Source of the DNA: an uncultured Ruminococcus sp.
Lineage (GTDB): Bacteria; Bacillota; Clostridia; Oscillospirales; Ruminococcaceae
Assembly (NCBI GenBank): GCA_949283135.1
Contig: CASDRM010000054.1
Coordinates: forward strand, 1 to 54,131
Reading direction: 5' to 3'
Length of the DNA stretch: 54,131 nt
Part shown: one piece after another, positions 17,101 through 24,526 of the stretch
Layout: every line of letters begins with the position of its first letter
Position numbering within the stretch: the first letter of the stretch is position 1
Program-made: the position numbers and the translations under genes
The notes under the pieces: model-generated
Told to the model about the DNA's origin: nothing
Database searches by the model: none
The model's input: the letters and a program-made list of their open reading frames with translations, nothing else

Positions 17101-18233
17101 ACTACCGCGCAAAACCTGCCCGGGGACAGCTCGTTAAGATTGTTTATCACCTCTGCTATCGCGTCGATAACCGGTTTATCCTCCCCTGTTATCGGCGTGG
17201 GAGCGGCAGGAAGGTCACACAGAGCCACTACCTTTATGTTGTCCTGAGGATTAGAGGCATAAAGCTTATACAGCCTCCCGTAAAGCGAGTCAGCCCAGTC
17301 CGCTCCGTTTACCACAGCAGACAGCACCAGCGCGCAGTCGGTGTTCAAAACCTCTTCCGAACCGAGCTCAAGCCTCAAAAGTCTCTCATGCCTACAAAAC
17401 CTGAGCGCAAGCGAGTCGGTGACCGCCTTGACGGCTGAAAATACCGGCAGAAATATCAGCGCACTGACCCACGGCTCGAGCACGCTCACCCCAACCGCAA
17501 GAGATATTCCCGCTGCCGCGGCAAGGTCAAGCGCAAGCTTTATTGCCGCCTTAGCGGCTTCAGGCTCATGCTCGTCTAAGCCTATAAGCCCGGTCAGAGG
17601 CTCACCCGACTCTGACGAACACGTGACAAGCTCTTTCGCAAGGGCAAATGCCGTAATGCCCCTCTTTTGCGCAAGGCTGTAGATTTTCTCACGGTATCTC
17701 AGCTTCGAGCGGCTGTCGCTTAGAGAGTACCATCTGTCCTCGGACAGGGCTATTGCGACGGGATTGCAGGTGTCGTTGATTCTTTCCTGATCCAACGCGT
17801 CTATGTCCGAAAGCAGCGTTATCTCCCGCGAGGCGTCTTTGCCTGAGCATATCTTTTTATACGCTCCCTGCGCCAGCCTGAATACCACGGCGTATTTGAG
17901 CTTTTCGACGTCGCCGGGAAAGATTCTGTCCTGACCGCCGAGCTCGGAAAGCTTAAGTATGATATCATCGGCAGGGGGAATGCGAGTGTCGCAAATGCTT
18001 ATCAGAGCGTCGGCAAGCCTGAAGTCAGCCGACACCCTCGCATCAGGATCGCCGTTTATCAGCAGCTCGCAGGCGTCGGAGAGGGTGTGATAGTTGTCGG
18101 CGAAAAACGACTCTCCTTCCGTCCGGCAGCCGTACAGGCATAGCTCCCGGTAGATGCCGTCCAGCCGTCTTTTCATTCTCTTCGCAGTTTTTGAGAGCTT
18201 TCTTACCGCTATTATCTCACCCATCAGTTTCAT
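11151..18233 (-). CDS. Giant multidomain glucan synthase with cyclic beta-1,2-glucan synthase-like architecture (GT domain, TM block, glucoamylase-like cyclization-type domain, GH94 phosphorylase domain)
   Basis: One uninterrupted 2360-aa ORF. GT-A-type motifs: CAVDLDTEP, HDILEGE, DRWVRGD. Hydrophobic block at about aa 605-765. Motif NLPPDNVQFSP...RTSPTNIGMYLMS lies in the middle region. C-terminal GH94-type motifs: GFRDQLQD, GAGDWNDG, ENGGQYTHAAVW. Confidence 0.75.
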   Translation of the reverse strand: MKLMGEIIAVRKLSKTAKRMKRRLDGIYRELCLYGCRTEGESFFADNYHTLSDACELLINGDPDARVSADFRLADALISICDTRIPPADDIILKLSELGGQDRIFPGDVEKLKYAVVFRLAQGAYKKICSGKDASREITLLSDIDALDQERINDTCNPVAIALSEDRWYSLSDSRSKLRYREKIYSLAQKRGITAFALAKELVTCSSESGEPLTGLIGLDEHEPEAAKAAIKLALDLAAAAGISLAVGVSVLEPWVSALIFLPVFSAVKAVTDSLALRFCRHERLLRLELGSEEVLNTDCALVLSAVVNGADWADSLYGRLYKLYASNPQDNIKVVALCDLPAAPTPITGEDKPVIDAIAEVINNLNELSPGRFCAVVRKRSYSKTQDEYMGSDRKRGAIVELCRLMAGGKASFYAELGPVRELVGIKYICAVDLDTEPYMDSVSELLSVMLHPANGPRIENGKVTAGVGMVSPRMVTRLADSLSTGFSRGMGGIGSVSWYDSESMDIMQDCFRSGSFCGKGLISVEALLRCGACLPHESVLSHDILEGELLRTAYAGDIIFTEGFPKSSSSYYKRLDRWVRGDAQNIGFVFRRRFGLVSKLKLLENIRRAITPFSVLLALLASFVIYPKAALAAALWAAGGYLFPQIYGLISTLIRQGFLSRRFYSGLLSQASLSGVRLLYELVTLPLTALVSIRAVLTGLIRLVTRKNMLEWTTSAAADGMMSDPVLFFFIPELCGILLLFSPCYLVRLLALFFSIMPAVIILGQRSIPGAVQTATQREERQLRSQAADMWRYFSDYVTETENNLPPDNVQFSPVYRIAHRTSPTNIGMYLMSVLAACDLRLISVYNMARRVSLTIASVERMEKYHGNLYNWYETTTLRLCPNPYVSSVDSGNFVCSLVALKEGLREYLKRCPELEGVIDRVEKLIDDTDLGIFYDKVKGLMAIGINPATGELDRSRYDFLMSEARLTSYYAIASRQVPKSHWLRLSRTSLSHGFYSGAASYSGTMFEYFMPEIFLKSPQSSISYESLRYALWCQKSYAASLSRPYGISESGYYSFDSELNYRYMAHGAPKTGVKRGLESDYVVSPYSTYLTLGYSLRAGMDNLHRLKKYGLYSRYGFYEALDFTNGEPEAVKSYMSHHVGMSILSCLNVLQDGIFQKRFMSDMRVSGASELLSERVRLDRSVFEDTLIKPKIKTEKAEPGIAEEYSDISPAYPKARLLTNGEYSLVLTDCGISSAFFRGKGVYRKTFDPLVRPKGAFFGILDGKSAAVLSTLDGGDGLVAEFGDCYAAYYRNTDRIKAGMRVALHKSMPCEIRSFAIENVTGSEIKASLISYIEPSLSDTSAESAHPAFDKMFLRLDVDPGLDAVIVTRSDGGSKPEQSAGGYMAVGFAEDILGTVSFDREEVLSRPGGVFGLFSDGRAGKIPPSYICEPDPCIFIRTEITLPPKTKTELNLFIVTADSMEELINRVSHMKRRFSLQDLMSERTLDPGSALANRLLPEVMFLSGSSHQKLKALAQNKLELNSLWELSVNTDLPLILINLNGRNDEQKLSSYLGAMGRLALSGIGVQLAVVYDDGGSYSRERYTLLVDAAKRAGLEGLIYSLIIPVDRSSVRPELITLLKAYACHIGADEIISGSEEPVELKKPVRIEGVEPAAQKVETPVALGGFSEDGGYVINEKPPLPWCHVLSNPQFGTLVSEGSLGFSYAFNSRELRLTPWDNDSSRDNLGERLILRIGGRYYDIVRGSAANFSPYKAEYFFHGDSFSGSVSVSVSEKGMCKRIAVSINVSEDAELAYFCEPCLGADRKHAHLILPEAFGDSLILHSPASLSNGYMALSCDREREYCCDRKAFLTGDWSENISPCQDSAAAVVVRLSGESTVNFYLSYALDKAAAAGMPRYFSQQTDTTQIRLEVSECNTGMAELANHWLRYQALHARIWARTGFYQCSGAYGFRDQLQDAVGIMAVNPSICKSQILRACRAQFYEGDCLHWWHSLPGKKIKGIRTRISDDNLWLPYAVCEYVEKTGDRDILMLKVCYCAGVELGEKENEKYGEVYKTSLRESVYEHCRKAIDYRAGKTGANGLMLIGAGDWNDGFNKLGEKGKGESVWLTEFYILVLRRFASLCKEMDPEYSRLILEYAHELESSIEQNGRDVSWYRRAYADDGTVFGSAESKVCCIDSIAQSFAQFAGLRDSEFTKLALSEAYARLADTKRGVVKLFTPPFPDNFEPPVGYISHYPDGIRENGGQYTHAAVWLGMACIRAGLSREGRDILTTISPVVRSENLGYQRYKTEPYYICGDVYANKNCYARGGWSIYTGSAAWYYRAITEDILGIRMKDGRVYIKDPLTRAKVIYSGKIISPSQD

Positions 18234-18310
18234 CTCCGTAATTTTTTAGGATATTATTGACATTGCAAAGGGAAAATATGTATTGATATGCTCTTTCCTG
18301 CTATACGGTA

Positions 18311-18339
18311 TTGCAATTTTAATCCGGCAGTGGTATACT
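18311..18339 (+). promoter_or_regulatory. Sigma-A-like promoter for the phosphoglycerate-mutase-like gene
   Basis: TTGCAA, 17 nt, then TGgTATACT (extended -10), about 60 nt upstream of the ATG at 18400. Confidence 0.4.
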
Positions 18340-18399
18340 TAGATTCAAATTTAATTTAACGATTTATTGCGCTGAACATCAAAAAGGAGATACAACGCT

Positions 18400-19611
18400 A
18401 TGAAATATTTGGTATTACTTTGCGACGGAATGGCGGACTATTCCGTCGAGGAGCTGGGGAACAGGACACCTATGCAGGCGGCTAACAAGCCCAACATGGA
18501 CAGACTCGCAAAAAAATCCGAGGTTGGACTTGTCAAAACGGTAGCCGACGGTCTGAAGCCGGGCAGCGACGTCGCTAACCTCTCGGTCTTAGGCTACGAT
18601 CCCGCGATATACTACTCCGGAAGATCTCCCCTCGAGGCGGGCTCTATCGGCATAGACATGAAGCCTGACGACGTGTCCTTCCGCTGCAATCTCGTCACCC
18701 TTTCAGACGAAGAAAACTATGAAGACAAGACGATGATCGACTACTGCGCCGGAGACATTTCCACCGAGGAAGCCAAGCAGCTTATCAACTACCTCAAGGG
18801 GTATTTTGACAATGAGAGCTTCAGCCTCTACTCAGGCGTGAGCTACCGCCACTGCCTCATCTGGCACGGGGGCACCTTGGATGTTGGGACACTTACTCCT
18901 CCGCATGACATTCCCGGAAGAAAAATCAAGGACTATGTTCCATCCTCGCCCAACGCTAAGCTTTTATACGATATGATGAAGCGCAGCTATCAGCTTCTTA
19001 AGGATCACCCTGTGAATCTCGACCGGATCAAAAGAGGTCTGCGCCCTGCGAACTCGGCGTGGTTCTGGGGAGAGGGCGTCAAGAAGGATCTGGCGCTGTT
19101 CAAGGACAGATACGGACTTAAAGCCTCTATGATATCGGCGGTCGACCTCCTCAAGGGAATAGGAAAGTTTTCCGGCATGAATGTCGTAAACGTCAAGGGC
19201 GCTACAGGATATATCGACACCGACTTTTCCGGCAAGGCTCAGGCGGCGATAGACGAGTTTGAATCCGGAAGCGATTTTGTATACATCCACGTCGAAGCAC
19301 CAGACGAGTGCGGCCACAGAAACGAAGTCACCAATAAGGTCAGGGCAATAGAGCTTATCGACGAAAAGATACTCGCTCCGGTGGAGGAAGCTCTCAAGAA
19401 GATGGGCGATTACAAGATAATGATCCTGCCCGACCACCCCACGCCGCTCTCTCTTCGCACTCACACCAACGATCCCGTGCCGTATCTTATCTACGACAGC
19501 AGAAAAGACGCCGCCGGCACGGACATATTCTGCGAGGAATCGGCAAAGAGCACCGGAATTTATGTTCCCGTCGGACACACGCTTCTTGACAGATTCATAA
19601 AAGAGGTATAA
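18400..19611 (+). CDS. apgM: Cofactor-independent phosphoglycerate mutase, archaeal-type (ApgM family; function ambiguous)
   Basis: 403-aa ORF with MKYLVLLCDGMADY and YIHVEAPDECGH metal-binding motifs of the alkaline-phosphatase superfamily ApgM group. Strong SD AAAGGAGA. Confidence 0.8.
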   Translation: MKYLVLLCDGMADYSVEELGNRTPMQAANKPNMDRLAKKSEVGLVKTVADGLKPGSDVANLSVLGYDPAIYYSGRSPLEAGSIGIDMKPDDVSFRCNLVTLSDEENYEDKTMIDYCAGDISTEEAKQLINYLKGYFDNESFSLYSGVSYRHCLIWHGGTLDVGTLTPPHDIPGRKIKDYVPSSPNAKLLYDMMKRSYQLLKDHPVNLDRIKRGLRPANSAWFWGEGVKKDLALFKDRYGLKASMISAVDLLKGIGKFSGMNVVNVKGATGYIDTDFSGKAQAAIDEFESGSDFVYIHVEAPDECGHRNEVTNKVRAIELIDEKILAPVEEALKKMGDYKIMILPDHPTPLSLRTHTNDPVPYLIYDSRKDAAGTDIFCEESAKSTGIYVPVGHTLLDRFIKEV

Positions 19612-19635
19612 TCGGCTTTTTTGAGCCTGACGCTG

Positions 19636-19680
19636 AAGCAGCCGCGTATTTTCCGAATTCGGAAAATACGCGGCTGCTTT
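19636..19680 (+). terminator. Rho-independent terminator (long perfect palindrome)
   Basis: AAGCAGCCGCGTATTTTCCGAA / TTCGGAAAATACGCGGCTGCTT centred on GAATTC, followed by T residues. Confidence 0.75.
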
Positions 19681-19770
19681 GCTATAAGCCTCAGCGCTTG
19701 ACGGCGCTGTCTGTTTTAATATCACCTGCTTGCTTATACTCGTATTTTTCCGTTCGAGCTTTTGATCCGG

Positions 19771-19822
19771 CAAAACAAGCCCGCCGTTGTCCGTGCCATA
19801 TAAGAGCATGGATAACGGCGGG
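19771..19822 (-). terminator. Terminator of the flavodiiron gene (minus strand)
   Basis: Imperfect long stem CCCGCCGTTGTCCGTGC / GCATGGATAACGGCGGG. On the minus strand it is followed by CTTGTTTTG. Confidence 0.5.
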
Positions 19823-19857
19823 TATTGATATGTTTTTACTGTCTTGTACTACTTATC

Positions 19858-21009
19858 TTACTTTACGATCGCCTCGCAGAGCTCGGCTATTTTAGCCTCC
19901 ACCGCCTGATTGACAGCGCACTTTATAGTAACGGTGGGCTCAAGGATACTTACATCCTTGCATGGCTCAAGCATCGCCTTGACCGTCTTAGCTGCCATCG
20001 GACCCCACGAGCCATTCTCAATGATTCCGACTGTTCTGCGCTGGAAGCTGCGGTCGGTAAGGTGCTCAATGTATTCCCTCATAGCGGGGAAGATTCCGCC
20101 GTTGTAGGTGGTTGTCGCCAAAACAAGCTTTGAGTATCTGAACGCATCCGCGACCGCTGCGGCAATATCGCAGCGGCAAAGGTCGTACGCCACGCACTTG
20201 CAGCCCTTTTCCTCAAGCTGCGAGGCAAGCTTTTCAACCGCAGCCTTAGTGTGACCGTAAACGGATGTATACGCTATAACCACTCCGTCAGCCTCCGGAG
20301 TGTAGCTCGACCAGGTGTTGTAAAGATCTACATAGTACCCGATATTCTCGGAGAGAACCGGACCGTGGAGAGGACAGATCATAGATATGTCAAGACCGGC
20401 AGCCTTCTTCAAAAGCGCCTGCGCCTGGGCTCCGAACTTTCCGACTATTCCTATATAGTATCTTCTCGCCTCGTCCGCCCAGTCCTCGTCGGCGTCTATA
20501 GCTCCGAACTTTCCGAAGGCGTCGGCGGAAAAGAGAACCTTGTCCGCAGAGTCGTATGTCACCATTACCTCGGGCCAGTGAACCAAAGGAGCGGTGTAGA
20601 AGGTGAGATTGTGCCTGCCCAGACTGAGTGAAGAGCCCTCGGCGGCGACCATCTTTCTGTCCGCATAGCCGTTTCCGAAGTAGGAAAGAATCATGTTGAA
20701 CGCCATGGCGGTCGCAACAACCGTCGCGTTCGGGTACTCCTCCATGAAACGGGCAATGTTTGCCGAGTGATCCGGCTCCATATGTGAGACTATAAGATAG
20801 TCCGGCTTTCTGTCGCCCAACACGGCTTTGATATTAGCGAGCCACTCGTCTCCGAAATGCCTGTCCACGCTGTCCATTACCGCTATCTTCTCGTCAAGGA
20901 TGACATAAGAGTTATATGACATTCCGTTAGGTACCGCAAACTGTCCCTCAAAGAGATCTACTTTATGGTCATTGACGCCTACATATACGATATCATTTGT
21001 TATTTTCAT
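19858..21009 (-). CDS. FprA-family A-type flavoprotein (flavodiiron protein; O2/NO reductase type)
   Basis: 383-aa ORF with an N-terminal metallo-beta-lactamase-like domain (diiron motif VSHMEPDHSAN) and a C-terminal flavodoxin-like domain. Confidence 0.85.
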   Translation of the reverse strand: MKITNDIVYVGVNDHKVDLFEGQFAVPNGMSYNSYVILDEKIAVMDSVDRHFGDEWLANIKAVLGDRKPDYLIVSHMEPDHSANIARFMEEYPNATVVATAMAFNMILSYFGNGYADRKMVAAEGSSLSLGRHNLTFYTAPLVHWPEVMVTYDSADKVLFSADAFGKFGAIDADEDWADEARRYYIGIVGKFGAQAQALLKKAAGLDISMICPLHGPVLSENIGYYVDLYNTWSSYTPEADGVVIAYTSVYGHTKAAVEKLASQLEEKGCKCVAYDLCRCDIAAAVADAFRYSKLVLATTTYNGGIFPAMREYIEHLTDRSFQRRTVGIIENGSWGPMAAKTVKAMLEPCKDVSILEPTVTIKCAVNQAVEAKIAELCEAIVK

Positions 21010-21042
21010 AATTAAACTGTCCTTTCTGTATCTTCTGTATCT

Positions 21043-22086
21043 TTAATCCTTCCATGTCGATTCCGGGAGGGAATTTAAAAATCTCATCAGCTCGTCAGCC
21101 ATCTCACGCTGCTCGGAGTTTCTCGGATGACCGGGAGTAGCCTTGCCTACTCTCTTATACATCAGGTGATATACCTTGTTTTCCTCTCCGCCCAGCATAT
21201 CCTTTATCTCATGTATGGCGTTATCCCACTCGTTGTCATGTCCCATGACGGTCAGGGCAAGCACCACAGTCGCGTTCGGAGAATGAGACCTGACGCTTTT
21301 TATGATCTGCGCGTACTTGTTTTTCCAACGCTCGCGATACTCGGGGTCGTATATCTTGTCGTTTCCGACGCTGCTGTCATTCTGACCTATCGCGAATACC
21401 ACCACATGCGGCACGAATCTCGAGAAATCCCACTCAGTCACCGGCATGGCCGCAGAGTAGCACAGCTTGTCAAAGCAGGACTCCTCGCCGCGCATATTAG
21501 GCATCTCGAAATACCCGGTGTTATCAAATATCGCTATGCCGCCCTGTGAGGTGTTAAACACCTGCGCCGGAAGCTCTCTTGCAGTTATCGAGGCATATGT
21601 GTGCCAGGAATTGTCTCTGCTGCCGTCGTTTTCCGGAGGATCCCAATCGCCTGTTCTGTCGTCATAATCCACAAGATCGCCGGCGGTAACCGAATCTCCA
21701 TAGAATTCTATCCTCTTCTGCGGAAGCTTGGGAGGCTCTGATATCTCGCCGTCATCGCTAAGATAAAGCTTATTTATCCTGAAGTAGTGACCCGCCATTC
21801 TTTTGAATATAACCGCGTCATGGTCGCCCGGTTCCAAGCCCTCGGCAATTTTGACCTCGGTTATTCCGTCGCCGAGCTCTATGCAGCTCTCCCTGCCGTC
21901 GATCACAACGCCGATATACCTTCCGTTGCCGTAGCGCAGGTTTTCTATCTGTGCCGAGAGCCCGCTGCCGCTGAACCTGAACCTGACATAGCTGCCCGGC
22001 CAGACCAGCATCGGAGCGTTCTTCTTACTCAAGTCTATCCTGCCGAATAGCTGGAATTTCTCTCCCTCAAGAAATACTTCCTTCAT
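21043..22086 (-). CDS. SGNH/GDSL hydrolase with an N-terminal beta-sandwich (CE2-like acetyl esterase)
   Basis: Block I FYGDSVTAGD (nucleophile Ser), GQND block and a C-terminal GHP His. About 130 aa of N-terminal jelly-roll-like region. The ATG at 22086 has the SD AGGTGA, and the ORF opens at TTG 22104. Confidence 0.7.
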   Translation of the reverse strand: MKEVFLEGEKFQLFGRIDLSKKNAPMLVWPGSYVRFRFSGSGLSAQIENLRYGNGRYIGVVIDGRESCIELGDGITEVKIAEGLEPGDHDAVIFKRMAGHYFRINKLYLSDDGEISEPPKLPQKRIEFYGDSVTAGDLVDYDDRTGDWDPPENDGSRDNSWHTYASITARELPAQVFNTSQGGIAIFDNTGYFEMPNMRGEESCFDKLCYSAAMPVTEWDFSRFVPHVVVFAIGQNDSSVGNDKIYDPEYRERWKNKYAQIIKSVRSHSPNATVVLALTVMGHDNEWDNAIHEIKDMLGGEENKVYHLMYKRVGKATPGHPRNSEQREMADELMRFLNSLPESTWKD

Positions 22087-22210
22087 ATCGTCACCTGTTT
22101 CCAAAAGGTAATTTTAAATATATACCATGCTGAGTATACATTACCTTTGGTGTCAAGTCAATAGCGACAGCTGCAAATGGCGGCCGCAAATCCGGGTCTT
22201 AGCAAAGAGC

Positions 22211-22254
22211 AAAAAATCCTTCTGCGGAGCGCTGATACCGCACGCCGCAGAAGG
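22211..22254 (-). terminator. Terminator after the small lipoprotein gene (minus strand)
   Basis: Stem CCTTCTGCGG / CCGCAGAAGG, followed on the minus strand by ATTTTTTG. Confidence 0.65.
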
Positions 22255-22280
22255 AAGTAGTGTGTCATGATTTAATTTTG

Positions 22281-22604
22281 TCAGTCTCTTGCGTTGCTGC
22301 TTTCGGTTCCCGTACCGGTGCTTGTCTGGGACTTCTCGGTAGGAATTGTAGGCTCGGTAGGCATGGTTGTAGTCGAGTCTATACCTGTCCCGGTATGAGT
22401 TGTGATATGAGTTCCGGTAACGGAGTCTGTTTCACGGGTAGTAGTTCCGGTCATCTTGTCGATCTCAGACTTTAATGTTTCCTCCAGCACCGGCGTATTG
22501 ATAGTCGAGCCGGTTCCGTCACTCATATTCCTGTCGCTGGTGCAGCCCGCCAAAAGAATCAAAGCGGACAACGATGCAGCAAGCATTATGAAAACTCTTT
22601 TCAT
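22281..22604 (-). CDS. Small Thr/Ser-rich lipoprotein, function unknown
   Basis: 107-aa ORF. The signal peptide ends in the lipobox LLAGCTS. The mature part is low-complexity and T/S/G-rich. Confidence 0.55.
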   Translation of the reverse strand: MKRVFIMLAASLSALILLAGCTSDRNMSDGTGSTINTPVLEETLKSEIDKMTGTTTRETDSVTGTHITTHTGTGIDSTTTMPTEPTIPTEKSQTSTGTGTESSNARD

Positions 22605-22683
22605 TTACTTTATTCCTTTCAGATTTTTAAGCTCGAGTCGTGCGCTCGCAGCTATTATACCCTGAAAGGAAGCGTTTATGCCG

Positions 22684-23112
22684 CTATCTCGGCTTGATGT
22701 CTATATCTATACTGAAATTTCCGAGCAAAATCGAATTTACGTCTATAATGTATTCGGCGTTGATCCTTCCGCCGTCCTCGTTGACGTCCGCGTTCACGCT
22801 TTTTGCAAGCACACCCATAACCATGTCTCCGTATGGGGTCGCATAGTGGCAGTAGTTCTTTCTTCCCACCTCGACAAAAAGCTCCGCATTAGCCGCTCCG
22901 GCGCGTATCATCCTGAGCCACTTGCCATGCTCCGCTTTTACGCTCGTGACAGAGCCCTCGTAGCCGGTGGCTTCCGTCTCGTCATACCTTAGTTCGCAGA
23001 CCGAGCCCTTGAGCTCATATCTGCCCTCGGTTATTATCTCGGTTTCATCCTTGTCTTCTTCGTTTATTTGAATACTCCTGATCTTGATTAAAGCGTCCTT
23101 CATTTTTGTCAC
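22684..23112 (-). CDS. DUF1934 (YwiB-like) beta-barrel protein
   Basis: 142-aa ORF. Size and the pattern IRSIQINEEDKDETEIITEGRYELKGSVCELRYDETE resemble the DUF1934 family. It starts 6 nt downstream of murI. Confidence 0.55.
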   Translation of the reverse strand: MTKMKDALIKIRSIQINEEDKDETEIITEGRYELKGSVCELRYDETEATGYEGSVTSVKAEHGKWLRMIRAGAANAELFVEVGRKNYCHYATPYGDMVMGVLAKSVNADVNEDGGRINAEYIIDVNSILLGNFSIDIDIKPR

Positions 23113-23118
23113 CCGCAG

Positions 23119-23937
23119 CTATTCCAGTCTACAGCTTTGTATCTTGAGTTCCACTCTGTCCAATCCGTCAAGAAAATGCTCCGCGTTCTCCCTGAAGAGC
23201 TCGACGCTGTCGGTGCAGTACAGCGTGACCTTGCCGCGCCCGCCCGAGTCCCTTAGGAGTCCGTTTTCCTGAAGCATCTTATACGCATACTTTCCGGCCT
23301 CTCCGCCGGAGGATATCAGGCTGACTCCTTTGCCCATGACCATTGAAATAACATCTGATATGATAGGATAGTGGGTGCAGCCTAAGATGAGCGTATCTAT
23401 TCCCTCCGCCCGCAGAGGCAAAAGGTATTCCTTCGCTATCTCCACACACGGCAGGCAATCTGTGCTTATGTACCCGTTTTCAACCAGCGGCACAAACATC
23501 GGACAGGCTTTCTCAAACACTACGGCGTCAGGCATCATAGACCTTATCATGCTCTTGTAGCTTCCACTGCGGATAGTCGCACTGGTTCCTATTATTCCTA
23601 TCCTGCCGTTTTTTGTAGTTGACACGGCAGCCTCCGCGGCGGGACGGATGACGCCGGTATACAGCCCCTCTCCGAAATCGCTTTCCCCGGCAAGAACGGA
23701 GGATACCGTTCCGCAGGCGGAAATTATCATCTTTACTCCGAATTTACGCAAAAAATCAAAGTCCTGCTCCGCGTACCTGAGAATAGTCTCGCGGCTTTTT
23801 GTACCATACGGCACTCTTGCGGTGTCTCCCAGATATACTATGTCCTCCTGCGGCAGAAGCCTTATCAGCTCTTTCACAGAGGTCAGTCCCCCGACGCCCG
23901 AGTCAAAAACACCGATTGCACGGTTTTTATCTGTCAT
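23119..23937 (-). CDS. murI: Glutamate racemase
   Basis: VFDSGVGGLT N-terminal motif, with both catalytic Cys contexts present (ISACGTVSS and LGCTHYP). Confidence 0.92.
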   Translation of the reverse strand: MTDKNRAIGVFDSGVGGLTSVKELIRLLPQEDIVYLGDTARVPYGTKSRETILRYAEQDFDFLRKFGVKMIISACGTVSSVLAGESDFGEGLYTGVIRPAAEAAVSTTKNGRIGIIGTSATIRSGSYKSMIRSMMPDAVVFEKACPMFVPLVENGYISTDCLPCVEIAKEYLLPLRAEGIDTLILGCTHYPIISDVISMVMGKGVSLISSGGEAGKYAYKMLQENGLLRDSGGRGKVTLYCTDSVELFRENAEHFLDGLDRVELKIQSCRLE

Positions 23938-24048
23938 TATACACTGTTTCCTTCCAATGAGGTTTTAGCGTGCCGCTCGTGGCTCCATACGCGTTCTTGT
24001 CGAATATACACACCCGTATGTACCACATATATGCGGCAAAAAAGTAGA

Positions 24049-24522
24049 TTATTCGTCGAAAATACTCTTTGTAGGACTGTTGTTGAACTCGTTTTTCTTT
24101 GCTTCCCTCTTTGCTATGAGGCTCCATATCTGAAGCATGCACAGAGCGCAGGATATTATGATTATGGCTACCGAAGGCATATATCTGAGCTCAAACGACG
24201 GAGTGAACACCACCTGAGTCGCTTCCGCCACATCTATCATTTCCCCTGCGTTGACAAGATATACAGCTATTCCGGCGGCACAAAAAGGAAGCTGCACTAA
24301 GTATGCCCGCATATAGCAAAGTATCACGCTGACAGCGATAAGCAGATTTCCTATCAGGAAGCCGTCCGCGAGATAGGAGTTTTCAGTGTCGTTTATGTAA
24401 AAGTTGAGTATTGTCACTCCGCCCCAGAAAAAACAGGACCATGCGAATACAAGCGTCTGTATCACTTTAAGCACTATTGTAAAAGGATTGTCCCTATATC
24501 TTGAATCTAACAGCTTTTTCAT
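24049..24522 (-). CDS. Four-helix integral membrane protein, function unknown
   Basis: The ORF opens at 24582 and would overlap the upstream gene by 56 nt. The internal ATG at 24522 (MKKLLDS) begins just after the upstream stop. Four hydrophobic helices. Confidence 0.5.
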   Translation of the reverse strand: MKKLLDSRYRDNPFTIVLKVIQTLVFAWSCFFWGGVTILNFYINDTENSYLADGFLIGNLLIAVSVILCYMRAYLVQLPFCAAGIAVYLVNAGEMIDVAEATQVVFTPSFELRYMPSVAIIIISCALCMLQIWSLIAKREAKKNEFNNSPTKSIFDE

Positions 24523-24526
24523 ATAA

